Of a stretch of 64,000 nt of DNA, positions 1 through 9,758 are shown one piece after another. Under the pieces are notes generated by a model. The model saw only the letters and a list, made by a program, of their open reading frames with translations, was not told where the DNA came from and searched no databases. The DNA lies in the IMG/VR virus record IMGVR_UViG_3300046786_000888, positions 14,106 to 78,105 of that record. One strand, written 5' to 3'. This DNA comes from a virus (lineage: Duplodnaviria; Caudoviricetes). The position numbers and the translations under genes are program-made. The stretch's first letter is position 1. Every line of letters begins with the position of its first letter.

Positions 1-17
1 ACCTGTTTGAGATAGTC

Positions 18-458
18 TCACTGGTCAAGGATGTCGACGTCGATTCGATACTCAGCAGAGTTACGGCCTCCGGTTTGAATGTACATGTAGTACGTACCGG
101 ACGTTCCAATTCGCTGGGTCGTTACCGAATTATTGCGACGGCTGAGCTTCGAAGGCTCGGCGGTCATAACTTCGCTACCTGCCGCGTCAAGTACGATGAC
201 GCTACGCAGACTGTTTTGATCGCGGATATTAACTTGCATCACACCAGTTGCCGTGGCTTGGAACTGGTAATAGTCGCTAATTCCGTACTTGCCGTCAGCA
301 GTATCGTACTTGGCGCTAGCGGTGTTAATCACCACGCCGCTAGCATTGACTGTCCGGCGCTGCTGGAAGTTAGTTGACTCGCTGCGCTGCTGGCCGGGGA
401 ACGCCACGCCCGAGGCCAGAACGGCGTTGAGTTCGAGGTCGCGGGTGAGTTCGGACAT
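18..458 (-). CDS. PPC/pre-peptidase C-terminal-like beta-sandwich protein, probably virion-associated
   Basis: 146 aa; pattern 'DYYQF...GTYYMYI...YRIDV' is typical of PPC-like domains. Confidence 0.5.
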   Translation of the reverse strand: MSELTRDLELNAVLASGVAFPGQQRSESTNFQQRRTVNASGVVINTASAKYDTADGKYGISDYYQFQATATGVMQVNIRDQNSLRSVIVLDAAGSEVMTAEPSKLSRRNNSVTTQRIGTSGTYYMYIQTGGRNSAEYRIDVDILDQ

Positions 459-646
459 GTATAAGTACCGGCAGTAATTAAATTATAGATCGAAGATAAG
501 CAGACGCGGTTTAAATATTAGCTCCCGTCAGCTCATCGGTCGCGGCAGGAGGCAAGAAAGCAATTAGCTCGAAAATTTTAACCGCGAATACCAACAGTAC
601 CTCTTTAGTGAAATTGCGAAATATCAAGTACACCTAGATGAGGTAG

Positions 647-2239
647 TTATGTAATCAATCCATAGTTCTTCCATGTCCCAGGGGTGCCTGCAGCAACACA
701 TACTGATCCGTAATACCCGGCAGAAGCCGGTACAGGATTCAATGTGAAAGAGCCTTGCGCCCAATTACCGGTGGTAGGAAATCCGCCACTGGTAAACGTA
801 ACGTTTTTACACACAAGATTTCCAGTAACGGAAACAAATTCCCACAGGGTTGCTTCTGTAGTAGCAGTGTGGTCGGGTGAGTCGAGTACTACATCAGAAT
901 TTACACCTTCAAACGAATAATGACTTGTCACTATAGTACGAGTTACGTTGTTGATAAGTCGCGCCGTAACAATATCAAACAGTTTAATTGCACGACTAGA
1001 GCCAACCGAACCGTCGCCAATTATAGTGTTTCCAGAAACAATCAAGTTATTTAACGATGCAAATATCAAACCATACGCCCGAATCTCCCTAATTGTGTTG
1101 TTTCTAACGGATACACTATTGCCACGGGGGGTGCTATCGAAACCTTGCACTTCAATGCCGTACAGAACCGTAGAAATCTGATTGCTCTCAATTTGCACAT
1201 CTCTCATTGGAGTGTCAATGTCAGCGCGCACTCGGATTCCATACGCAGATTGAGTGGCTCCATAAGGGTCGTTGTAGCGGCTAATTCTATTGTTGGAGAT
1301 AATGAGCCTGTTAATTTGCTGACCACTAGTGTTTGTAGTCACCCCAATGCCAACTCCATTAGGAGAGTCACTCATGGTATAGCACTGGTTTGCATCAATA
1401 ACTATGTCATCGAAACCGTTTTCTACAACGATCGCATCGCGTCCGTATGAAATGTTGTTAGCAATAGTAACTGTACTACCGGTGACAGCAGCACCGCCGC
1501 CGACATCTATTGCCGGTGTGCCAGGCAAAAAGAGAGAGTTATTAGTTATCAAAACATTCCTGCTTTGAGGGAACGTAACTTCGCTTCCCAGGTAAGCATT
1601 ATTTTGGCTGAACTCTAGATAGTTGCAAAGGATTCCGGTAAAGGATACGAAGTTTCGGTTAAATCTACATCCATTAATTCTAGACGGTTTGTCGGCATCA
1701 AACGAAATGGTGCCAGCGATGTACAAAGCATCACCAAGGTTATTAAAGTTACAATTAAGAACTGTGCTGCCATGAATCAAACTAAGCCCACCATTAAAAG
1801 CTCTGTAGTTGTAGGAGATTGTTCCTCCATGCCAACTTTCGGTTTGAGTTGCATCAGTATTTATGCCTTGAAATACAATGCCTTCAATGGATACAGGTAT
1901 TGAGTTTGTCGCAAAATCAAAAGCGTACTTTAAGGTTCCTGTTGTAATGTCAACGTTAATAGTCACTCCTTCGCCAGCGACCCTTTTCAAGCTTGCCGAC
2001 GTGACGACACAGCTAGATCGAACTAAGTAAGTACCTGCAGGGAAAAATACATATCCAGCCCCACTATTAAACGCCGTTTGTATAGCACTAGAGCTATCAA
2101 CTACCCCGGTAGAATCCGCACCAAAATCCTTAACACTTACAACATCCCTTAACTTATCATCAACAGTCCGCTCAACCGCACCAGCACCCGAAGCATTAAA
2201 AGCTTCACCGGGAACCGTAATAAAATTGCGGGCGACCAT
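647..2239 (-). CDS. Tailspike / pectate-lyase-fold beta-helix receptor-binding protein
   Basis: N-terminal 'SGAGAVERTVDDKLRDVVSVKDFGADSTGVVDSSSAIQTA...VFFPAGTYLV' (Pectate_lyase_3-like) followed by many I/V-x-I-x-x-N beta-helix rungs. Confidence 0.85.
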   Translation of the reverse strand: MVARNFITVPGEAFNASGAGAVERTVDDKLRDVVSVKDFGADSTGVVDSSSAIQTAFNSGAGYVFFPAGTYLVRSSCVVTSASLKRVAGEGVTINVDITTGTLKYAFDFATNSIPVSIEGIVFQGINTDATQTESWHGGTISYNYRAFNGGLSLIHGSTVLNCNFNNLGDALYIAGTISFDADKPSRINGCRFNRNFVSFTGILCNYLEFSQNNAYLGSEVTFPQSRNVLITNNSLFLPGTPAIDVGGGAAVTGSTVTIANNISYGRDAIVVENGFDDIVIDANQCYTMSDSPNGVGIGVTTNTSGQQINRLIISNNRISRYNDPYGATQSAYGIRVRADIDTPMRDVQIESNQISTVLYGIEVQGFDSTPRGNSVSVRNNTIREIRAYGLIFASLNNLIVSGNTIIGDGSVGSSRAIKLFDIVTARLINNVTRTIVTSHYSFEGVNSDVVLDSPDHTATTEATLWEFVSVTGNLVCKNVTFTSGGFPTTGNWAQGSFTLNPVPASAGYYGSVCVAAGTPGTWKNYGLIT

Positions 2240-2319
2240 GACTAACTACCGTCGTACCTAAATTATACCCGACCAAAAAACCAGTCGCCGTAGACTAGAG
2301 CAAACCACGGCGCATCAAA

Positions 2320-2628
2320 ATGAACCAGTACAGCATATTGAACGCAGTAATATACGAGTTGCTGATTGGCCTAATAGAAATCTGGCCGAAGCTAAAGCTA
2401 AACCCGTGGGTTCGTGCGGCACTAAATTGGTGCCGGCATGACTGGGTCAAGTGGCGTACAGAACAGACCCTGAAGGATGTGGACAGGCAGGCCCAGGAAA
2501 TTGTAAAAGAGTGGGAGGCGCAGAAAAAACCCAAGTACGAAATAATCGAACACAAACCCGATGGGTCGAGAGCTCAGGACTTGTTGGGCGGCGCCATGGA
2601 AATCAAATCGACCTGGCGTAGGGACTGA
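2320..2628 (+). CDS. Hypothetical protein with hydrophobic N-terminus
   Basis: 102-aa ORF filling the gap between genes. Confidence 0.55.
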   Translation: MNQYSILNAVIYELLIGLIEIWPKLKLNPWVRAALNWCRHDWVKWRTEQTLKDVDRQAQEIVKEWEAQKKPKYEIIEHKPDGSRAQDLLGGAMEIKSTWRRD

Positions 2629-2755
2629 TCCAAACCCCTATCCTCGCCCCTGCAAGGCTGCGGTGCGCCAAAACACATAACTTCCCTACCGCACCCCGCG
2701 CACACCTAAATGTAAGCTTCCAGTCCTAAACTATAAATAACCCGCCCAGATTCTT

Positions 2756-2944
2756 ATGTCTGCCGCAATCGCCTTTTTAGCTGCCCACTGGGTCGACATC
2801 GTCGCTATTGGCGCCGCACTTCATGCTTTAGCACTCGTTATCGTCAACACCACTCCTACCCCTAAAGATAACGAACTGTACGGCAAGTTCTACAAAGTCA
2901 TCGAAGTGATTGCCGGTATCGTAACCAAAATCGCTAAGAAGTGA
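2756..2944 (+). CDS. Small holin-like membrane protein
   Basis: 62 aa with a TM helix, a TPTPKD turn, a second helix and a basic C-terminus. Confidence 0.55.
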   Translation: MSAAIAFLAAHWVDIVAIGAALHALALVIVNTTPTPKDNELYGKFYKVIEVIAGIVTKIAKK

Positions 2945-2946
2945 TT

Positions 2947-3234
2947 TCAGAAAGGTCGGTTAGATTCCTCTATCTCACTGACCTTCTGTACAAATCCCTC
3001 CCTTAAAGTACGCAACTCGGACATCACGAGTGCGTCTAACTTATTTTCAAATCTGCACAGCGCCTTGTCGACCTTGTCGAACGCTGTGTTCATATCATTT
3101 TTTGTTGCAAACTCTTCCGCCAATCGAATTTCGATGCGATCCACGCGGTCGTTAACGTCTGAAAATCTCTTCCAAGTTAAACCCGCGCCACTAAGCAACG
3201 TAGAGACGAGTAACGTCAATAGCCATTCGGGCAT
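2947..3234 (-). CDS. Single-TM coiled-coil protein (XhlA/holin-like)
   Basis: N-terminal TM segment followed by 'RVDRIEIRLAEEFATK' coiled coil. Confidence 0.5.
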   Translation of the reverse strand: MPEWLLTLLVSTLLSGAGLTWKRFSDVNDRVDRIEIRLAEEFATKNDMNTAFDKVDKALCRFENKLDALVMSELRTLREGFVQKVSEIEESNRPF

Positions 3235-3270
3235 TGTTCATTAGAGCCTCCGATTCTATTTTATAAGTTT

Positions 3271-3666
3271 TTAGGCAGCTTCGTTTTCCTCGTGTGGCGG
3301 CAATAGCGGCACGGAACACAATTCTTCGTAGTGCTTAGCCGAGTCAGACTCATTGTGATCCCGATTAACCCACTCTAAAATCTTTAATTCACGTTCATGC
3401 CTCCAAAATAACTGTGTCCTATACCATTCACACCATTCAATATTAGACTTTTTCAGATTACAGCAACCACATGACGGTATAAGATTTGCCCTAGTCGTTG
3501 TTCCTCCTTTCGATTTAGGCACAACGTGATCTAATGTTTGGGGGTCTTTTCGTCCGCAATATGCGCACTCGTGTTTCCACGCGGCGAAAATGTCTTTTCT
3601 GAATCTCTTACGTGCTGTAGATCTTGTTAAGCACTGTAGCTCAAAAAGCAAATCATATTCCGTCAC
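3271..3666 (-). CDS. HNH endonuclease
   Basis: CAYC...TLDHVVPKSKGG...NLIPSCGCCNLKK. Confidence 0.9.
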   Translation of the reverse strand: MTEYDLLFELQCLTRSTARKRFRKDIFAAWKHECAYCGRKDPQTLDHVVPKSKGGTTTRANLIPSCGCCNLKKSNIEWCEWYRTQLFWRHERELKILEWVNRDHNESDSAKHYEELCSVPLLPPHEENEAA

Positions 3667-3735
3667 ACTGCAGGTGCGGACTAGCTACATTCTAGTGAAT
3701 CAACACACAGCCTGTGTTAACCGATGCTAAAGAAC

Positions 3736-4248
3736 TCAGCTAACTAAGGGAATCGGGGGCTGAATCTCAATTTCGAGCTCAGACGTACTAATAGCGCGGC
3801 CGACACGAACCGACGCACCATACTGATTTAGGCCCGAAGCACTGATGATGCCGGACCCGGTCGAATACGGTGTGATCTGTCCCTTGTACTTGGAAAGAAA
3901 GTAGTCGGTGCCGGGTACCAGCTGTGTGCCGCCGGTGATGTTGGCGCCGGTCACAACCACAACGCCGTCCAGATTGACTTCGACCTGCGAACCCGCCGTG
4001 ACGGTCTGAGCTGCTGCGCCGATGGGGTAATAGAACGCAGTTGCCACGCCGCTCAGCGCGGTAGCTTTGACCGCCAGGCTGTTACCGCTGGTGTAAACGA
4101 TGTCGCCTTGGGTTAAGTTTTCGCCGGCAAATAGGACGTAAGGCGACGTATAACTCGAAGTCGTGCCGCCGCCGTTGACGAGCCAAACCTGGCTACCGTT
4201 TGAGGTGTAGCTAGTGTAGCTGCGGTTAAAAATATTGCGGGACGTCAC
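3736..4248 (-). CDS. Virion structural protein, capsid cement (DUF2190)-like
   Basis: 'AGENLTQGDIVY...KATA...IGAAAQTVTAGSQVEV..DG' pattern; paralogous to 5014..5490. Confidence 0.5.
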   Translation of the reverse strand: MTSRNIFNRSYTSYTSNGSQVWLVNGGGTTSSYTSPYVLFAGENLTQGDIVYTSGNSLAVKATALSGVATAFYYPIGAAAQTVTAGSQVEVNLDGVVVVTGANITGGTQLVPGTDYFLSKYKGQITPYSTGSGIISASGLNQYGASVRVGRAISTSELEIEIQPPIPLVS

Positions 4249-4312
4249 GGCACTAGGTGTTTCTTAAATTATAGACTCAGACAAAACGAGAAGAGCAAAC
4301 AAGATCGCTAAG

Positions 4313-4534
4313 TTACAAAAACAACCCGTACCAAAGTGCTAAACAAACAGCACCTAGAATCGTGGTCACAAAATCCATAAATTCAGGCGTACCGCGCCCC
4401 GATAAATCCCAGAACTCTTTAAATGCCGCAACTAAAACAACGACCAAAAAAGCAATAGGATGCCCTAGCGGATAAAACATAGCGAAAACGCTGAGTCCTG
4501 CCGCGAAATGGTAAACTTTGTCCTTAGCAATCAC
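4313..4534 (-). CDS. Small multi-TM membrane protein
   Basis: 'DKVYHFAAG...AAFKEFWD...DFVTTILG' with three hydrophobic segments. Confidence 0.6.
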   Translation of the reverse strand: MIAKDKVYHFAAGLSVFAMFYPLGHPIAFLVVVLVAAFKEFWDLSGRGTPEFMDFVTTILGAVCLALWYGLFL

Positions 4535-5010
4535 GCGGGTGTATCGCCGTACCGAATAATCGTATAGCGAGTTGATGCTGCTGTGTTTGAGAAAGTCTGA
4601 AGAACGCCGCTGTTATTGGCAAAAGTGCCGCTGTAGGTGCACAAAATACCACTTGTATAAAGAACAGCGTACTCTGTAATAACAGTGGTAGAGCCGTTCT
4701 GTACTAAATGAACCTCACTGGTTTGAACCTCGCGTCCACGCTTGGCTTTGATATGGTACCGAGCGGAATCAAGAAGACCGCTGGCAAAAACATCAAGCGT
4801 CGTCCCTGCCGTTGTCGTTGTCGTGACGGGAGTTAGACAATTTGTTTGAAAGTAAGGATAACCCGCGTAACGAGCATCCAAACCACTGACTGTAACTAGC
4901 TTGTTTTTATCCGAATCCGCCGCTTCGTAGCGATCAACGACAGGCAGCTGGATGTAACCGCTGGGAGAAGGACCAATGTCCGAAAAAGCCGAGATTTTAC
5001 GGTTGGTCAC
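4531..5010 (-). CDS. Virion structural protein with one copy of the tail-fibre C-terminal repeat domain
   Basis: 'LDVF..G..SARYHIKAKRG.EVQTSEV...TEYAVLYTSG' aligns by eye to the repeats in 5639..7264. Confidence 0.65.
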   Translation of the reverse strand: MTNRKISAFSDIGPSPSGYIQLPVVDRYEAADSDKNKLVTVSGLDARYAGYPYFQTNCLTPVTTTTTAGTTLDVFASGLLDSARYHIKAKRGREVQTSEVHLVQNGSTTVITEYAVLYTSGILCTYSGTFANNSGVLQTFSNTAASTRYTIIRYGDTPA

Positions 5011-5013
5011 AAC

Positions 5014-5490
5014 TTAAGCGTCTTCTAAAAGTATTTTAGAGCCGTCTTCGGCTACTAAGTATTCTATCAGAGGTGATTGATCTTCCGTAAGTAAAGCTGT
5101 ATTTGTGCTGCTTGTTAAAATACCGTCCTCAATCTCAATTTTGATCGTTCCTGCACCTAACGCAACACCAACTTGAGTTACATAAAACGGATCAAAAAAC
5201 TCTATATAACCAGATGCAACATTATTAAAATCGGTCGTAAGAATACCTGACCCGTGAATCGATAAATATGCTGGTTTGCCCAGAGTCAGTCCCGCCGTAC
5301 TAACAGCGGCGTAATCCGTCAGAACAATTCGGACGCGCGACCCAGCTTCAGTCACGCCGTCCGAAATGCCGACCACGCGGGACCGATCGGCCGAAAAAGG
5401 ATCAGCAGGAATAGCGTAGCCGCTGCTGTTAATTGCAACAGCTACGCCATTACCGATGTATTCGCCAGCAGTAACAACACTAAAAGCCAT
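5014..5490 (-). CDS. Virion structural protein, cement-like paralog
   Basis: 'AGEYIGNGVAV...PAD...VVGIS' similar to 3736..4248. Confidence 0.5.
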   Translation of the reverse strand: MAFSVVTAGEYIGNGVAVAINSSGYAIPADPFSADRSRVVGISDGVTEAGSRVRIVLTDYAAVSTAGLTLGKPAYLSIHGSGILTTDFNNVASGYIEFFDPFYVTQVGVALGAGTIKIEIEDGILTSSTNTALLTEDQSPLIEYLVAEDGSKILLEDA

Positions 5491-5516
5491 ACTGCGGCAA
5501 GAGAACTAACTTAATT

Positions 5517-5639
5517 CTAACCTTTTCCCTGTCCGCGACTTTTTTTGCGGCCATGAGAGGGCTTACTGTGCAATCCGTCTCCCTGTCGGGTCTTTTTGGG
5601 CTTCGACTCGATGAGTTGGGTGTTCTTAGGCTTGGCCAT
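5517..5639 (-). CDS. 40-aa basic protein (KKTRQG...RGQGK family, recalled from cyanophages); below the ORF-track cutoff
   Basis: Translated by hand: MAKPKNTQLIESKPKKTRQGDGLHSKPSHGRKKSRGQGKG*; ATG overlaps the tail-fibre stop (TAATG). Confidence 0.7.
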   Translation of the reverse strand: MAKPKNTQLIESKPKKTRQGDGLHSKPSHGRKKSRGQGKG

Positions 5640-7264
5640 TAGGGTGTGACGCGAACGGGACGGAACACGGTCGGCGCAGCGGTGTTGCTGTAGGCAACGA
5701 TCTCGACGAAATCGCCGACAACGGAACCGCTGAACGTCGCTAGCGTACCCGAACTGAACACAACCGAGTGTTGCGATAGATACGCATCAGACGGTGTGTG
5801 TACAACAGTGAGATCAGAGCTCTGGACTTCGCCGCCACGGTCGACATTAACCGTAATGGTCTTGGTACCAGATGCCTGGACCGGATAGCGGTCGATCAGC
5901 GTGCCGACAGTCGACGCGGTCGTGATCGGCAGACCCTCAGTGTCGCCCCAAATAACTGGCCTATAGGTCGTATAAGCAGTAGAGGTTGGATAAGCAACAA
6001 TTTGAACGTTACCGCCAGCAACCTGACCGCTAAATGTCGCAAGTGCCCCACTCGAATAGACAACCGAGTGCTCTGAACTAAAGCCACTGACCGCTGTGTG
6101 GATAACGGTAACATCGGAGTTCTGGACATCGCCGCCACGCGCAACGTTAACGGAGTAAGTCTTAGTGCCCGAGAAGCTGACCGGGTAAGAATCGAGGACC
6201 TTACCGGTAAATGCTGTCGAGTAAGACGAACTTACAGTAGTGCCGTTCCAAACAATCGGCCTGAATACCGTGCGGTCGATCGAATTGCTATATCCGACCA
6301 GCTCAACGAAACCGTCAACAAGCTGCCCGCTGAACGCAGCCAGAATGCCGCTGCTAAACACGACAGAATGCTGCGAAACGTACGCATCACTCGCATCATG
6401 AATGAGCGTGATGTCGGAGTTTTGTACCTCATTGCCCCGCTGGACGGCAATCGAATAGGTCTTGGGACCGACGTAAGACGTCGAGTAGCTGTCCAAGACA
6501 ACCAAATCGGTCGTTCGGGTCGTTTTAGTTGGAGTCGGAGGATCAAGCAGCGAAGTCCAGTTGCTACCGTCCCAGATTTTGATGACGCTGGTTGTCTGGT
6601 CGTACCAAACCTCGCCTTCAACCACAGCAGTCGGGGGCGTCTCGCGGTACGCCACACTGCGGCGGGCGTCAGGTTCATACCAAGAATCCGAAACAGCGTC
6701 GTAAATAAGGAGATTGCCCAGATCTCGGTTGAACCAAAGCAGCCCGTCGCGAGGCGGAGCGTTATTACCGACGCCAGACGGTGGTGTTTCGGACGTGTAC
6801 GCGAGGGCTTCGGCGTTAAGCTGATACCAGCCCGGATTTGCGGCTCCGGAAACGTAGACGAACGTACGGCCTTCGTTCTCGTCGAACCAAATAGTCCCTT
6901 CGTAGGCACCGGAGGGAGCTACACCGCTTACGATCGCGCCAGGAATACGCTGTGCGTCAGCGTTAATAGTTGTATAAGTACCACTAGGTGCGAAGTAAAT
7001 GCCGGATCCAGGAGCGAGGCCGGAAGCGCCCACGCCGCCGCCAGTTACTCCGCTTAGAGTAGTATTTAAATCTTCTAAAGCGCGTACAACACCCTCAAAG
7101 TTCCAAGGGTATCCTGCAGAGCACCTTGAGTAAGAAGTGGTTCCCATGCCGCTCGCAGTCGCAATCAGTAAATCAATAACCTCGACGATACCCTGAAAAT
7201 TATGCTCATGCAGAGCACGGGGCTCTAGTCCGTGCGTAAGGCAAGGAGGATTATTCTGTAACAT
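5639..7264 (-). CDS. Tail fibre / virion structural protein
   Basis: 541 aa; 'G.IWFD...FVY....W' fibre repeats followed by three tandem ~88-aa beta domains; SD GAGGAGG upstream. Confidence 0.8.
   Translation of the reverse strand: MLQNNPPCLTHGLEPRALHEHNFQGIVEVIDLLIATASGMGTTSYSRCSAGYPWNFEGVVRALEDLNTTLSGVTGGGVGASGLAPGSGIYFAPSGTYTTINADAQRIPGAIVSGVAPSGAYEGTIWFDENEGRTFVYVSGAANPGWYQLNAEALAYTSETPPSGVGNNAPPRDGLLWFNRDLGNLLIYDAVSDSWYEPDARRSVAYRETPPTAVVEGEVWYDQTTSVIKIWDGSNWTSLLDPPTPTKTTRTTDLVVLDSYSTSYVGPKTYSIAVQRGNEVQNSDITLIHDASDAYVSQHSVVFSSGILAAFSGQLVDGFVELVGYSNSIDRTVFRPIVWNGTTVSSSYSTAFTGKVLDSYPVSFSGTKTYSVNVARGGDVQNSDVTVIHTAVSGFSSEHSVVYSSGALATFSGQVAGGNVQIVAYPTSTAYTTYRPVIWGDTEGLPITTASTVGTLIDRYPVQASGTKTITVNVDRGGEVQSSDLTVVHTPSDAYLSQHSVVFSSGTLATFSGSVVGDFVEIVAYSNTAAPTVFRPVRVTP
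5642..6496 (-). repeat. Three tandem ~88-aa domain repeats in the tail fibre C-terminus
   Basis: LDSY...KTY.I.V.RG.EVQ.SD.T..H...QHSVVFSSG.LA.FSG recurs three times. Confidence 0.9.
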
Positions 7265-7293
7265 TCAAATACGGACACCTCCTCACTTCGATT

Positions 7294-7923
7294 CTACCGC
7301 AGATTACGCGTCGCACAGCGGTCGCAATTACAGCTAACGCTTTCTAGGTTGGGAAAATCTCGACCTTTTTCGCCAAGATTATGCTTTGTATAAGAATTAT
7401 AAACAACGCGAGCTGCTTCAGCCTTACAAACAAAGGTACCTAAATGAGTTCGTTGACCCATGACGCACAAATAAGCCTGCCATTTCTTCAAACGTTTATG
7501 CCAACTAACATTGGGTACTCCACTGGTATTGCTACGTCTAGTGGATTGATTTGCAATCTGAATGTCTCCATTTATATCTAACCTAAGATTATAAACGTTG
7601 TTATTGTAAGGATTTCTATCTATGTGGTCTATTTGAATGTCTTTAGGATCTTCATTATGCACCATGTAGTAAACAACACGTGCAACATAATAGCTTTTAC
7701 CTTCAATCGTTATCTCCCAGTAAAATTTGTCTCTACGGCTGTGATGAACTTTTAAATTTCCCGCCACTTTTCCCGCTTTTGCGGTTCGACTGCGGTTAAC
7801 CTTCCAAACCAACCCCGACCACTCTCCGTACTTATCCGGCGAAATCTCAACAATCTCCAGCAGTTCATTCAACCGCTCAAGCGGCGGCATGGGTTTATAC
7901 TTAGGCATCGGCCTGGTCAGCAC
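7294..7923 (-). CDS. HNH homing endonuclease with AP2-like C-terminal DNA-binding domain
   Basis: 'ARVVYYMVH...IDHIDRNPYNNNVYNLR' plus 'NTSGVPNVSWHKRLKKWQAYL...HLGTF...EAA'. Confidence 0.85.
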   Translation of the reverse strand: MLTRPMPKYKPMPPLERLNELLEIVEISPDKYGEWSGLVWKVNRSRTAKAGKVAGNLKVHHSRRDKFYWEITIEGKSYYVARVVYYMVHNEDPKDIQIDHIDRNPYNNNVYNLRLDINGDIQIANQSTRRSNTSGVPNVSWHKRLKKWQAYLCVMGQRTHLGTFVCKAEAARVVYNSYTKHNLGEKGRDFPNLESVSCNCDRCATRNLR

Positions 7924-7970
7924 AGGTTGATCGCGCCCTGGGGAGTTGACAGCTCCGCCAGGGCTTTAAA

Positions 7971-8348
7971 CTATAACACTTTTTTTTGCTTATTCAACCG
8001 AGCGCTAACACGTTTAACGACGTTAACTGAGATACCCAGTAGAGCCGCGACTTTCGAGCAACTTAGTCCTTGCTCCAGTTGATACTCTATTTCTTTTGTA
8101 CGCCAGGTGTTTCTTTCCAACATGTCAGCTCTTTTTTTAACGGCCAGTAGCTCAGGCTCTTTTGACTCCTTTAAAAGAATCTGATGTACGCGCTGTTTCG
8201 AGATTCCGAACTGATCCGCAATCTGCTGGAGCGAAAACCCTTCCTGTATATACAGAGTGTAGATCCGCTCAAAACGCTCTTTGCGAGCTTCCTTGCTGGC
8301 GTATTGACCCCAATAGGTCTGGACGTCTTCTTTGGATTTGATTTGCAT
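7971..8348 (-). CDS. Tandem helix-turn-helix (sigma70 region-4-like) DNA-binding protein
   Basis: Two HTH motifs: FSLQQIADQFGISKQRVHQIL and LSCSKVAALLGISVNVVKRV. Confidence 0.75.
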   Translation of the reverse strand: MQIKSKEDVQTYWGQYASKEARKERFERIYTLYIQEGFSLQQIADQFGISKQRVHQILLKESKEPELLAVKKRADMLERNTWRTKEIEYQLEQGLSCSKVAALLGISVNVVKRVSARLNKQKKVL

Positions 8349-8369
8349 GAGGGATTAAAAGCCCGCTAC

Positions 8370-8399
8370 AGACTAGGCCCCCTTAGAGCAAACTGTCAA
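8370..8399 (-). promoter_or_regulatory. Sigma70-type promoter for the tandem-HTH gene
   Basis: TTGACA-N18-TAGTCT on the minus strand, preceded by TAAGGG. Confidence 0.6.
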
Positions 8400-8402
8400 C
8401 CC

Positions 8403-8576
8403 TTAGAGCTGCCCAGAGCAAGCCTTCCGTAACGTCCGCTGCTCATGGCGAAAACCCTCTTCAGCTAGCATCCAGGCAGGCACCCCGATCTCAGAGCTCT
8501 TTTGCCGACACAGTTGCCAAAAAGCGGTATCAGGTGATTCCAGGATCTTATTCCGGGCAGAAAGCGTAGAATCCAT
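8403..8576 (-). CDS. 57-aa hypothetical protein (not in track)
   Basis: Hand translation MDSTLSARNKILESPDTAFWQLCRQ...; sits directly below a promoter. Confidence 0.5.
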   Translation of the reverse strand: MDSTLSARNKILESPDTAFWQLCRQKSSEIGVPAWMLAEEGFRHEQRTLRKACSGQL

Positions 8577-8597
8577 GATCGGAATTAAGTTGCACCA

Positions 8598-8628
8598 AGT
8601 ATAGGACCCTTCAAACAGCGATTGTCAA
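8598..8628 (-). promoter_or_regulatory. Sigma70-type promoter
   Basis: TTGACA-N19-TATACT, preceded by TAAGGGG like the promoter at 8370..8399. Confidence 0.5.
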
Positions 8629-9074
8629 CCCCTTAAACTCCGGTATTACCACAGCGCTTCTCCAAAAACAACGTCTGAAAAAAGTGTTCGGAGCTCTGTC
8701 CGCTTAACGTGAATTGCACTCATACTGGGTTAGTTATGTATTTAAATAAGTAAGTGGTACTTTATAACAATTAGGGCACCCCTTAAAGTGCGTTTTAATG
8801 CGTGCCTTTAAATGCACACCTCAAATACGCTTAGCTAAAGGCGTCAGCACCTAGCAAAACCCGTTAAGTTGGTCTTTAATAGAAAATCCTTTTTAAAGAG
8901 CCCTTTGAACAGACCCACTAAACCAGAGCACTCTGTGCGCTTAAACCCTTGCTAAGCGACTGTCTCATCTGTCTTAACTGAGATTACAGTCAATCCCGAT
9001 CGGGAAGAAAATCTGCTGCAAACAGACCCATACGTGCTGTGCGCTACACTGAGCATGTTGAGGCACCATGATTC

Positions 9075-9758
9075 ATGTGTAACTCGGTACTACTACTTAT
9101 GTTCGGCCTGCTGGACGCCGAACCCCTACCGCTGCCTGAAGATCCGCCTGAGCACACCGAACAGCTCGACTACCTCCGCATAGACCGCCACGGCTCCTGT
9201 GTCGTCGCGACCTGCCAATGCCGCCGGACGCCTCCGGTAGCCCTCTTAGCCAAGGATTTCGAGCGCCGTTGCCGACTGGCCAGCTCGTTTGCCTGCCCGA
9301 TTTGCACAGCCGAGCTCAAGGGCGCCGCAACAAGCTCAGCGTCCGATCGGTTCCAAGCCTGGATGCTTCAACATAAATACGTCATAGACCCAGCAGAACA
9401 CCTGTACGCGTCTGTACTGCCGAAACGCCTCGTCGATTCGACTGACGGCACCTTGATGCGTCCACGCCGCTTTATCTGCGCCAGATTTTTCGGTGTCGAC
9501 CTTGAAACCAAGGACAAAGTCCTTATGAAATGTGGCGATGCGAACTGTTTGAACCCTCACCACATGCATCTTGCGGCTAGTCCTGCTAAAAAGGTAAGCT
9601 CCGACATGCACCTAGACGTTCTGCGATGGGCCAAGCGCAAAATGACGAACAGAGCAATCCAGGAGCTTATCGAGATGACTCACGGCCAAAATATTTCGGT
9701 GAGGACTATCTCCGCGCTAAGAAACAAACCTCTGCAATCCGAGTGCATCGCGATCTAA
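9075..9758 (+). CDS. Zn-binding protein with degenerate HNH (His-Cys/HNH_3-like) module and C-terminal HTH-like helix
   Basis: CxC...CxxC N-terminal; 'RPRRFICARFFG...VLMKCGDANCLNPHHM'. Confidence 0.6.
   Translation: MCNSVLLLMFGLLDAEPLPLPEDPPEHTEQLDYLRIDRHGSCVVATCQCRRTPPVALLAKDFERRCRLASSFACPICTAELKGAATSSASDRFQAWMLQHKYVIDPAEHLYASVLPKRLVDSTDGTLMRPRRFICARFFGVDLETKDKVLMKCGDANCLNPHHMHLAASPAKKVSSDMHLDVLRWAKRKMTNRAIQELIEMTHGQNISVRTISALRNKPLQSECIAI

Noticed and set aside
6098-7057. 319-aa plus-strand ORF
   Set aside because: Antisense shadow of the tail fibre caused by biased codon usage; no recognisable motifs.
7946-7977. Plus-strand TTGACA...TATAAC promoter
   Set aside because: The spacer is 20 nt (or 15 nt to TAAACT) and it would transcribe antisense; not supported enough to list.
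9626-9742. N-terminal extension of the winged-helix ORF
   Set aside because: It overlaps the upstream gene by >100 nt with a non-domain sequence; the GTG at 9743 is more parsimonious.
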